This document shows positions 20,435 through 28,655 of a DNA stretch of 64,000 bases, in pieces. The stretch is taken from the NCBI GenBank assembly GCA_963813535.1, contig CAWEZH010000003.1:480001-544000 (forward strand), given 5' to 3'. Made by a program: the position numbers and the translations under genes. Source of the stretch: an uncultured Chloroflexia bacterium (lineage in GTDB: Bacteria > Chloroflexota > Limnocylindria > Limnocylindrales > CSP1-4). The notes under the pieces were generated by a model. The model did no database searches, was not told where the DNA came from, and saw nothing but the letters and a program-made list of their open reading frames with translations. Positions within the stretch are counted from its first letter, which is position 1. Every line of letters begins with the position of its first letter.

Positions 20435-20507
20435 GCCGCGACCGCCCACCCGTACCGAGCCGCCCATGGTGACCGTCGCGGGTCGTCCGGCATCATAGGG
20501 ACGCACC

Positions 20508-21356
20508 ATGACCAGACTCGAGCGGGCAAGTCTCACGGATCCAGTCAACCTGCGACCGCTGTCGCACGGGACCGGCGCGGTCGCCCAGGTCGGCGCACTG
20601 GCGATCGGACGTGCGAACCTCGAGGCGGGCTGGCGCTGGTCTGAGCACGTGAAGCCCGTGGTCGGCACGGAGTGGTGTGAGGCCCATCACGTCCACATCC
20701 TGATCAGTGGTCGATTCGCGGTGCGACTCGCCGGAGCGACCGAGGTGGAGGAGTTCGGGCCAGGGGACGTATTCGACATCCCGCCAGGACATGACGCCTG
20801 GGTCGTGGGTGACGACGCGGTGGAGATCCTCGACGTGTCGGGGAACGTCTCCCAGTTCGGATCGCCCCAGGCGGCATCTCGCCAGATCGCGACATTGCTG
20901 ATGACGGACATCGTCGACTCCACGCCGACCGCGGCTCGGCTCGGCGATGCCCGCTGGCGGCAGGCCCTGGCCGACCACGACCGTGTCGTCCGGTACCAGA
21001 TCGATCGCTACCGCGGCCGCGAGATCGACACCACGGGCGACGGCTTCTTCGTCGCGTTCGACAGCGCGGCCGCGGCCGTGCATTGCGCCCGGGGGATCCG
21101 GGAGGCCGTTCGCGGACTCGGCCTCGAGGTCCGGATCGGTATCCATACGGGTGAGATCGAGACGACAACGGACGGCGTCCGCGGCATCGCGATCCACGCA
21201 TTGGCGCGGATCATGTCGAGCTCCGCTCCCTCCGAGATCCTGGTGTCCGCCGTCACGAAGACGCTGACGGAAGGCGCCGACCTGACCTTCGAGGAGCGCG
21301 GTCCGCGATCGTTGAAGGGTCTGACGTCGCCGATGGAGCTGTTCGCGGTCGTATAG
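20508..21356 (+). CDS. cupin plus class III nucleotide cyclase fusion
   Basis: N-terminal cupin (GWRWSEH, EAHHVH, PPGHDAWV); cyclase TDIVDST, TGDGF, RIGIHTGE. Confidence 0.88.
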   Translation: MTRLERASLTDPVNLRPLSHGTGAVAQVGALAIGRANLEAGWRWSEHVKPVVGTEWCEAHHVHILISGRFAVRLAGATEVEEFGPGDVFDIPPGHDAWVVGDDAVEILDVSGNVSQFGSPQAASRQIATLLMTDIVDSTPTAARLGDARWRQALADHDRVVRYQIDRYRGREIDTTGDGFFVAFDSAAAAVHCARGIREAVRGLGLEVRIGIHTGEIETTTDGVRGIAIHALARIMSSSAPSEILVSAVTKTLTEGADLTFEERGPRSLKGLTSPMELFAVV

Positions 21357-21383
21357 GGACCGCAACAGTTCGGCCGTCGCAGC

Positions 21384-21770
21384 CTACCGCCCGGTCGCTC
21401 GCTCCCGGGCGAGTTCATGGAGCCGAGCGTCGGAGATGCCGAGGTGATGGGCGATCTCGTGGTAGACCGTGTCGGCGACCGCGGCAGCCAGCCGCTCCGG
21501 CGTACGGTTCGCGCGCACGAGTGGGCCGCGAAAGATCGTGATCTTGCTGGGGAGCGGCGCGGCGTCCGCGGACCAGGCGGTCCGTGGCACGCCCTGGTAG
21601 AGCCCATACAGGCCGCGTGCGCCGGTCGCAGCGAGCTGTTCCGCCGTCGCCTCGTCCTCGACGACGATCGCGACGCTCCCGAGCTGCTCCCGGAACGGCG
21701 CCGGCAGCCGCTCAAGCGCGTCGAAGACCATGTCCTCGATCTCGGTCGGCGTGGGCTCGACTGGCAGCAC
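21384..21770 (-). CDS. Zincin_1 minimal metallopeptidase
   Basis: GLYQGVP, ITIFRGP, HEIAHHLG. Confidence 0.88.
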   Translation of the reverse strand: MLPVEPTPTEIEDMVFDALERLPAPFREQLGSVAIVVEDEATAEQLAATGARGLYGLYQGVPRTAWSADAAPLPSKITIFRGPLVRANRTPERLAAAVADTVYHEIAHHLGISDARLHELARERATGR

Positions 21771-21902
21771 CGGCCAACGATAGGACGAGAGGGATCGGAG
21801 GGTGGTCCAGGTGCGGCAGCTTCATGGATGCACCTGCAGGCCGCAAGCTGGACGTGACATCGCGGACACAGCTGGCGAACCGAGTGCAATAAGCCGGCTG
21901 CC

Positions 21903-22340
21903 TCAGGCGCCGCCGCCCTTGAGCGCCGCGATCTCTGTCCGGGCCGCGACAACGAGTTCATCGTTCGTGTGGGCGTGACCCCACAGTCCCCAGCCGCCTG
22001 GCGTGGCCTCGGTGAGCAGCACCCATGTTTTCCGGGCCACTGCCGGATCGCCCGCTGCTCCGGCCACGAGCGCGGTCAGCTGCTCGACGACGGCGAGCTG
22101 CTTGTCCCGGTCGAGCGCTCCGGCGTTGGTCAGGACCTGGACCCGGATGTGCCCGGACTCGCCGTCGACGTCGGAGATCGCGTCAGCCGGCAGCTCGCGG
22201 ACGAAGGCGGCGGTGTTCTCCCGGAACATCGGGATATCTGGAACGGATTCGATGCGCATGACCGTTGCGGCGGCGGCCGTCGCGAGCGCGTGGACGTCAC
22301 GGAACGTCCCGGCGGGGGCGTGGATGTCGATCATCGGCAC
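21903..22340 (-). CDS. tautomerase/MIF superfamily protein
   Basis: Pro-1 (MPMIDI), two beta-alpha-beta units, C-terminal WVLLTE..GGWG. Confidence 0.8.
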   Translation of the reverse strand: MPMIDIHAPAGTFRDVHALATAAAATVMRIESVPDIPMFRENTAAFVRELPADAISDVDGESGHIRVQVLTNAGALDRDKQLAVVEQLTALVAGAAGDPAVARKTWVLLTEATPGGWGLWGHAHTNDELVVAARTEIAALKGGGA

Positions 22341-22354
22341 GGTGGCTTCCTCCA

Positions 22355-22405
22355 GACTATGCTGATCGTCATAGCCAACGATGGACTATGACGTGCGTCA
22401 TAGTC
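22355..22405. promoter_or_regulatory. two TetR operator palindromes
   Basis: GACTATGACG-TG-CGTCATAGTC (22384-22405) and GACTATGctgatCGTCATAG (22355-22374) between divergent genes. Confidence 0.8.
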
Positions 22406-22429
22406 AAGTACCCGGAGGGACGAACCGCG

Positions 22430-22990
22430 GTGTCCGGCGATCCACGACGGAAGATGATCGAGAGTGCGGTGACACTTCTGGCACTCCGCGGGCTCGAAGG
22501 CACGGCGTTCAGTGACGTGATCGAGCGCTCGGGTGCTCCTCGGGGCTCGATCTATCACCACTTTCCCAACGGCAAAGACCAGCTCGTCGAGGCCGCTGTC
22601 GCGTTGGCCGGCGAGCGAGCGCTGAGCGTCCTAGAGGATCTGCACGGCTCACCGCCCAGGGCAGTCACGGAGGCATTCCTCGACCTGTGGCGGGCCGTAC
22701 TGGTCCGGTCGGATCTCCGCGCCGGCTGCGCGGTGCTGGCTGTCACGGTCGCCACGGACTCGCCCGAACTGCTGGACCGCGCGGCCTCGATCTTCCGAGC
22801 GTGGCGGGGTGGGATCGCCCAGCTCTTCGTCGAGGGAGGGATGCCCGAGGACGCGGCCGCCCGGCTAGCGACGACGCTCGTCGCCGCGACCGAAGGCGCG
22901 GTGGTCGTCAGTCGCGCGGAGCGAAGCCTCGAGCCATTCGAGCTGGTCGCCGCGGAACTCCTCGCCGTGACCCCTGACGCCGGCGTCTAG
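22430..22990 (+). CDS. TetR/AcrR regulator (LmrA/YxaF-like)
   Basis: SGAPRGSIYHHFPNGKDQL HTH; GC motif. Confidence 0.9.
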   Translation: MSGDPRRKMIESAVTLLALRGLEGTAFSDVIERSGAPRGSIYHHFPNGKDQLVEAAVALAGERALSVLEDLHGSPPRAVTEAFLDLWRAVLVRSDLRAGCAVLAVTVATDSPELLDRAASIFRAWRGGIAQLFVEGGMPEDAAARLATTLVAATEGAVVVSRAERSLEPFELVAAELLAVTPDAGV

Positions 22991-23032
22991 CGGGTCTATG
23001 GGTCAGCTCTTCGGACGATCAGGATCCGAGGG

Positions 23033-23110
23033 TGGTCGGGGAGGTGGGATTCGAACCCACGATCTCGTGCTCCCAAAGCACGTGCGATAACCAGGCTTCG
23101 CTACTCCCCG
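23033..23110 (-). tRNA. tRNA-Pro(TGG)
   Basis: reverse complement CGGGGAG...CGTGC-TTTGGGA-GCACG...GTGGG-TTCGAAT-CCCAC-CTCCCCG-ACCA; encoded CCA. Confidence 0.97.
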
Positions 23111-23274
23111 GCGGTCTCGGTCGCCGAACGGCAGATGACGCTGCGCGTGCCCGGCGTCGGCAAGCGTACAGCGCTCGACCGGAACCCTCGTGGTTCGACG
23201 ATGACGGCGCAGTAAACTGCGAGGCCGATGCGCACGCCGCGCGTCACCGGGGGGCGTCATCGGAGGGGATCACG

Positions 23275-24648
23275 ATGAGCACGACGCCGACGCTCGATGG
23301 GCCAGAGATCGTCACGCTGGCCGCTTCCCTCACCGGGCGGGTGTTGCAGCCCAGCGATGCGGGCTACGACGATGCCCGGCGAGTCCACAACGGGCTGATC
23401 GATCGCCGGCCGGCGCTCATCGTGCGCTGCCGGACGGCGGCCGATGTGGCGGCGGCGGTGCGTTTCGCTCGCGGTGGCGCGCACGAGATCTCGGTCCGGG
23501 GCGGCGGTCACAACGTCGGCGGGCTCGCCGTCGCGGACGACGCCGTGATGATCGACCTCGCCGAGATGAAGGGTATCCAGGTCGACCCGGAGGCCCGAAC
23601 GGCACGCGCCGAGGGGGGGCTGACGTGGGCCGAACTCAACGCGGCGACCGCGGAGCACGGGCTGGCGGTCACGGGGGGAGCCATCTCCACGACCGGGATC
23701 GCCGGGCTCACGCTCGGAGGCGGGCTCGGGTGGCTCATGCCGAAGTTCGGCCTGGCAGCGGACAACGTGATCGCGATCGAGCTCGTGACCGCCGACGGCG
23801 AGATCGTCGAGGTCACGGAGGAATCGGACCCGGACCTGTTCTGGGCGTTGCGCGGCGGCGGCGGAAACTTCGGTGTGGCCACCACGTTCACGTATCGGCT
23901 ACATCCGCTCGGTATGGTGACGGGCGGGCTGATCGCGCACCCGATCGACGCGGGCCCAGGGTTGCTGCGCTTCTATCGCGACGCCGTCGCGGACGCTTCG
24001 GACGATCTGGAGATCTTCGCGGGCCTGGTGCACGCACCCGACGGCTCGGGTCTGCAACTTTCGGCGCTCGTGGTCTGCCACACCGGCGACCCGGATCGGG
24101 CCGAGGCAGACCTGGCCCCGTTCAAGGCCTGGGGCTCGCCGCTGATGGTCGAGGTCGGGCCGATGCCGTATCCCGCCATGAACACGATCCTGGACGAGGG
24201 ATATCCACCCGGTTCGCTCAACTACTGGATGTCGAGCTTCACGGGTGGGATCACCGATGCGCTCATCGACGTCGCCGTCGAGCGTTTCGCGTCCACGCCG
24301 TCGCCGATGAATGCGATCCTGTTCGAGCATTTCCACGGCGCGGTGACACGCGTGCCGATGAGCGACACCGCGGTCCCACACCGCCAGGAGGGCTTCAACC
24401 TGCTGATCCCGTCCGTCTGGCTCGACCCGGCGGACACCGAGAAGAACAAGACCTGGACGCGCGAAACGCATGCGGCCTTCAGCGAGCACCTGGTCGAACG
24501 GCGCTGGCTCAATTACCTCACCGACGATCAGGGCGCGGGCGCGGTGCGCGCAGCGTACGGCCCGAACTGGGAGCGGCTCGTCAAGGTGAAGGGCCGCGTG
24601 GATCCCGACAACGTGTTCCATCGCAACCACAACATCCCGCCTGACTGA
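23275..24648 (+). CDS. FAD-binding oxidoreductase (BBE/VAO family)
   Basis: VRGGGHNV, GLTLGGGLG, LRGGGGNFG, C-terminal KxxxDPxNVF BBE domain. Confidence 0.93.
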   Translation: MSTTPTLDGPEIVTLAASLTGRVLQPSDAGYDDARRVHNGLIDRRPALIVRCRTAADVAAAVRFARGGAHEISVRGGGHNVGGLAVADDAVMIDLAEMKGIQVDPEARTARAEGGLTWAELNAATAEHGLAVTGGAISTTGIAGLTLGGGLGWLMPKFGLAADNVIAIELVTADGEIVEVTEESDPDLFWALRGGGGNFGVATTFTYRLHPLGMVTGGLIAHPIDAGPGLLRFYRDAVADASDDLEIFAGLVHAPDGSGLQLSALVVCHTGDPDRAEADLAPFKAWGSPLMVEVGPMPYPAMNTILDEGYPPGSLNYWMSSFTGGITDALIDVAVERFASTPSPMNAILFEHFHGAVTRVPMSDTAVPHRQEGFNLLIPSVWLDPADTEKNKTWTRETHAAFSEHLVERRWLNYLTDDQGAGAVRAAYGPNWERLVKVKGRVDPDNVFHRNHNIPPD

Positions 24649-25203
24649 TCAGACCCGTACCTGGCAGGACGACGGGTAGGCAGTCAACACCCCCCGCAAT
24701 GGCTCGGCCCTGGCTAGGACCTCGTCGATGCCAAGATTGGTATAGGCCGTAGCCGGGCTGACCCGCGGCTATCGCTCTCCCGCACGTCGGCAAGCGCTTG
24801 GCGATTTGGGGTTGCCCATCGCTGCGGGGCACGCTCGCACGCCACGCTCCCTCTACATCTCGTCGGGCAGCCGCTCCGACCGTTCGCTGCGAATCGGCCT
24901 AGATCAGACGGCCGGCTGAGCGCCGGGCCTCTTTGACGGTCTTCCAGGCACGGAAATAGGCGACTTGCATCTCGTCGTACGGTCCGTCAAAACGCCGAAT
25001 GCCACATCGCGTCCAGGTCCGGTCCGATGCGATCCGGAGATCGGTGCCTATGCCATCTCCGACGCGAGGTGAACCGGAGTCGGAACGGCGTGTCGTTCTG
25101 GTCGGCTCAGGACCACGCCAGCGAACCACACGATAATCGACGATCCTACGCACACCAGACCCACGCTCACGGTCATGGACCCTACAACGCTCCCTGGCCT
25201 CAG

Positions 25204-25245
25204 GGCTCCCAAAGCACGTGCGATGACCGGACTTCGCTACTCCCG
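25204..25245 (-). pseudogene. 5'-half fragment of tRNA-Pro(TGG) (att-like direct repeat)
   Basis: GCTCCCAAAGCACGTGCGATgACCgGaCTTCGCTACTCCC matches the 5' half of the tRNA at 23033-23110; no 3' half follows. Confidence 0.8.
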
Positions 25246-25303
25246 CGGTCGCACGGTACGCACGCAGGATCGGGCCGAGACTGAAACGAAGAAGGAGCTC
25301 CCG

Positions 25304-25382
25304 GACCGTTCAATTAGCGTTCAGTGGGGCATGTCCATTCACCGTTCACCCCCCTTAGGGGGAACGGTCGGACTGAACGGTC
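25304..25382. repeat. nested inverted repeats with (A)CCGTTCA iterations
   Basis: outer GACCGTTCA/TGAACGGTC; inner ACCGTTCaCCCCC-CTTA-GGGGGAACGGT. Confidence 0.6.
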
Positions 25383-25401
25383 AACCGCGAAGGGCGAGCT
25401 T

Positions 25402-25797
25402 TCACGGTGTCAGAACCACGATGACCTTGATCTCGCGAACACAGCCCACGTTCTGATCGATCAACCGGAACGTCCACTGCCCTGGTCGGTCGATGGGGAA
25501 GACGACGCCTCGATCGTCTACGCCGTTACCGCGAAACGTGTCGACCACGACGCCGTCCGGCGAAATCTGAGTGATGTCCACGGTCGTCCATCCCGTACCC
25601 GTGAAACCGATGGCGGTCGGTGGGTCGACCCCGGGTGTGGCCAACGTAAGGGTGTATGGCGGCTCGACCGGGACCTTGCCGTCGAACGTATCGGTCGTCA
25701 CGCCGAGCGTGCATTGGTCTGGTTGGAGGAGTCGCTCCGCTTGGGCGCACCCCGCCACTCCAAACCACAACGCCAAGCCGATCGCCAAGCGCAGCAC
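25402..25797 (-). CDS. hypothetical lipoprotein
   Basis: signal with VAGC lipobox; beta-rich small domain. Confidence 0.55.
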   Translation of the reverse strand: MLRLAIGLALWFGVAGCAQAERLLQPDQCTLGVTTDTFDGKVPVEPPYTLTLATPGVDPPTAIGFTGTGWTTVDITQISPDGVVVDTFRGNGVDDRGVVFPIDRPGQWTFRLIDQNVGCVREIKVIVVLTP

Positions 25798-25989
25798 CGC
25801 GTGACCATACCGTTTGCAGCTGCCGTGCGGGACATCTCGCCCGCGCGAGCCTGGCGCTCCGTTGCCGACCCGACTCTCGGGGCAGGAGCGTCTCCCCGCT
25901 GGCTTCCGCGATGGTGCGCGGCTGCACGGCGGTGTTCCAGCGCCGCGCGCAGGGCATCGCGGACGTCATGGGCTACGCTGCCGGGCGCG

Positions 25990-26589
25990 ATGGACCTCCT
26001 CGTGCTCGGTGCGAATGTCGTCTGCTGGGGCGCGATCGTGGTCGTGTGGATCGCTGCCGCCGTCCGCGACGCTCGCACCCCGCGCGACGTGCGAGTCCGC
26101 GGGTCGACCGAGATCGGGCTGGTCGTACTCGCGATGGTCGCGGTCGCGGCCATCCTGCTCGTCGGGCGCTCGATCCTTGCGCCCTTCACGCTGGAGGCAA
26201 CGTGGGCCAGGATGATCGGGGCGGGCGTCCTCGTCGGATCCACGCTATTTGCCATATGGGCGCGTCTCGCGCTCGGAGGGTCGTGGAGCGTCGGTCCGCT
26301 GGCTTCGACCGAACGCGGCGTGCGCACGGACGGCCCGTACGCGATCACGCGCCACCCGATCTACACGGGTCTGCTCGGGATGCTGCTGGGAAGCGCGATC
26401 CTGGGCGGGCTGGGGCAGTGGCTCGTGCTCTTCGCAGGCGGCCTCGTCGTCGCCGCGCTCAGGATCCGGTCCGAGGAACGACTCCTCCTCGCGACGTTTC
26501 CCGACGCCTACGTCGCCTACCGCGAACGGGTGCCGCGGTTGATCCCGGGATGGCGCTCGCCATCTGCCCGGCCCCGAGGACCTCGGTAA
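25990..26589 (+). CDS. isoprenylcysteine carboxyl methyltransferase (ICMT/PEMT) family
   Basis: GPYAITRHPIY, EERLL...Y..Y...VPRLIP; TM helices. Confidence 0.88.
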   Translation: MDLLVLGANVVCWGAIVVVWIAAAVRDARTPRDVRVRGSTEIGLVVLAMVAVAAILLVGRSILAPFTLEATWARMIGAGVLVGSTLFAIWARLALGGSWSVGPLASTERGVRTDGPYAITRHPIYTGLLGMLLGSAILGGLGQWLVLFAGGLVVAALRIRSEERLLLATFPDAYVAYRERVPRLIPGWRSPSARPRGPR

Positions 26590-26702
26590 GGGAGTCCCGC
26601 TGGTTGAAGGCCTCTCGACGCCCCTTCGCTGCCACCGATAGCCACGGCATGGCGTCGACATGCCGCGGCGTGCGGTCAGCGTCTTAGGCGACCATCCTCG
26701 AC

Positions 26703-26723
26703 GGCCCCGACACTGCCGGGGCC
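26703..26723. terminator. hairpin between convergent ICMT and flp genes
   Basis: GGCCCCG-ACACTGC-CGGGGCC. Confidence 0.45.
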
Positions 26724-26749
26724 TAGTTGACGTGAGGCATTTACCCGGT

Positions 26750-26929
26750 CTAGACGGAGCGGCCCACGGTGCTCAGGATCGTGCTGACCTGATTGCCCAG
26801 GAAGATGAGGGCGATGATGGCGATGATGGCGATCAGTGCGAGGATGAGGGCGTATTCGGCGAGACCCTGGCCGTCGTCGTCGCGGCCGAACGACCGGATG
26901 AGCAAGTCGACGTGCGTCTTCGGATCCAT
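26750..26929 (-). CDS. flp: Flp family type IVb pilin
   Basis: G|QGLAEYALILALIAII prepilin motif; 59 aa; GGAGAGG RBS. Confidence 0.92.
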   Translation of the reverse strand: MDPKTHVDLLIRSFGRDDDGQGLAEYALILALIAIIAIIALIFLGNQVSTILSTVGRSV

Positions 26930-27189
26930 GGTCCTCTCCCCTGTGCTTGCTGGGGTCACCATCACGGTAGGCGCCGCGCGGCGAGAGCATCCCTACGTAG
27001 GTCATGTGCGGCGCCGCACCGCCCGCGGGTCCGCGTGACTCGTCGCAACGGTAGTTGCCGCTAGGGAGCTGGTGGAATAGGGCCAATGCCCTAGCAGGGC
27101 GACGCCGTCGTCCACATCGGACGCCTCGAAGACGTCGAGAACGAGGGGTCGCCGCCAGGGGAGCGGGTCCACCAGGCCGCGCGACCAAT

Positions 27190-27227
27190 GAGACGGTCAC
27201 CGCGCAGGGAGACGGTCACCGCGCAGG
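27190..27227. repeat. perfect 19-bp tandem duplication
   Basis: GAGACGGTCACCGCGCAGG x2. Confidence 0.85.
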
Positions 27228-27297
27228 GCGACCCACGGTGGAGGTGTTGGCCCGATCCCGACAACTCGCCTGTCGCTACGCTGCCTCCGGATCTGCG

Positions 27298-27636
27298 ATG
27301 GGCATGCAACCAACTACCAGTCGGGACCGGCACCCAGTGGAGCCACCACGGCGTAGCGTCTGGCTCGAACGGGGCGCAGAAAGAATCCCTCCTGGGGCCA
27401 TCTTCACCGTGTTCAACAGCGTCCGTGCCATCTGCGTCCCGTCCTCGGATCCCGTCTTTCAGCGCGTGGTCCACGGCGTCCTGATGTCGAAGTCGATCAC
27501 GTCGACGCGGGAGCTCGAGGACGAACTGCGAGAGCTGTATCCCGCGGTCCGGGTCCGACGCCGGGAGCTGAGCGGAGAGAACGGCGTCACGTGGTACGTG
27601 TACCGCGAAGCTGACTTCCCGAGTAGCCAGCCCTAG
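27298..27636 (+). CDS. small hypothetical protein
   Basis: globular-looking C-terminus LRELYPAVRVRRRELSGE...WYVYRE; start uncertain. Confidence 0.6.
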   Translation: MGMQPTTSRDRHPVEPPRRSVWLERGAERIPPGAIFTVFNSVRAICVPSSDPVFQRVVHGVLMSKSITSTRELEDELRELYPAVRVRRRELSGENGVTWYVYREADFPSSQP

Positions 27637-27713
27637 GCGAGGCACGCGGTCGCATAGCTCGTGCACGCACCCCGGCGATTCGGAGCCGCGAGGAGATCCA
27701 CCACCAGCCGGCC

Positions 27714-27773
27714 GAGCCATTCGGCCCCCATCACGGGGTCGAATGGCCGTCAGATGGGTCGTCTTGGCCCATC
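27714..27773. promoter_or_regulatory. putative DevR/DosR-type boxes
   Basis: GAGCCATTCGGCCC, GGGTCGAATGGCCG, GATGGGTCGTCTTGGCCCATC at 20-22 bp spacing. Confidence 0.45.
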
Positions 27774-27843
27774 CGCCGAGCACACCTCCTCGCCCATCCT
27801 GAACTGACTCAGAACATTCGAATAGGTCAGTGAGGTTGGGATC

Positions 27844-28536
27844 ATGAACGGTCGTTTGAAGATCATCGGGGTCATGCTGGCGGTCATCGGGCTCGCCTTC
27901 ATCGCCGGTGGCGGGTTCGCGTTCTACAAGACGAACCAGGGGACCCATGCGCTTCAGGCGTTCAGCGCCGCGCAGAACGTCACCCTCAGCTACAACGACG
28001 ACGGCCAGCTGGTCGACCGTGGCGAGACCGCTGGGGCGCTCGCGATCATGTCGCTCCTGACCAACGACTGGGGCTACGCGGTCAACGCGTCCGAGCTCGA
28101 CCCGAATGACCCACTGGTCAACACGGCAAGCGAGTACATGTACCAGATGGCCACGATCGCCTACCACACCCTTAGCGGCACGACGACGGTCGTCCTGGAC
28201 GAGGCCGTCACGGCCGACGACGGGACTGTCTACGCGGCAGGCACCTATGAGTTCGCGACCGACGGTCGCTACTGGACCGGCTTCGACCGGACCAATCCGA
28301 TCGAAGGTGCGGCGCGTGACCAGGTCTGGACCGGCACCGCCCATGCGCTCATCGCCGAGCTCGGCGTCGGCAGCGTGACCGCCTCCGCGCTCCAGATCGG
28401 CCTCGGCATGGCCGCCCTTCTCGCCGGCTTCGGTCTGACGATCCTGCTCACTGGCCTCGGCCTGGTGTGGGCGACGCGCCCGGAGACGGAGCGAGCGAAG
28501 GCTCCGGCCCTGCGGCCGGTGGCCGCCCTGGGATAG
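27844..28536 (+). CDS. membrane protein with N- and C-terminal TM helices and an extracellular loop
   Basis: two hydrophobic ends, clear high-GC codon bias, GAGG RBS. Confidence 0.8.
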   Translation: MNGRLKIIGVMLAVIGLAFIAGGGFAFYKTNQGTHALQAFSAAQNVTLSYNDDGQLVDRGETAGALAIMSLLTNDWGYAVNASELDPNDPLVNTASEYMYQMATIAYHTLSGTTTVVLDEAVTADDGTVYAAGTYEFATDGRYWTGFDRTNPIEGAARDQVWTGTAHALIAELGVGSVTASALQIGLGMAALLAGFGLTILLTGLGLVWATRPETERAKAPALRPVAALG

Positions 28537-28655
28537 CCGGCCGTGATCGGGTCGCCGACCCGGTCCCCCGAACAGCCACGGCGTGGGCCTTCCAGGCCCA
28601 CGCCGTTCGGCGCGTCCGGCAGGACGACCTGGGCGGTGCTCTATCCTCGCCACGG

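Noticed and set aside
23032-23274. N-terminal extension of the FAD oxidoreductase ORF
   Set aside because: It overlaps the tRNA gene; the real start is ATG 23275 after GGAGGGG.
26930-27190. c-di-GMP riboswitch upstream of flp
   Set aside because: No GEMM-I (GGCAAAC...GAAA...GACGCAAAGC) or class II consensus visible on either strand.
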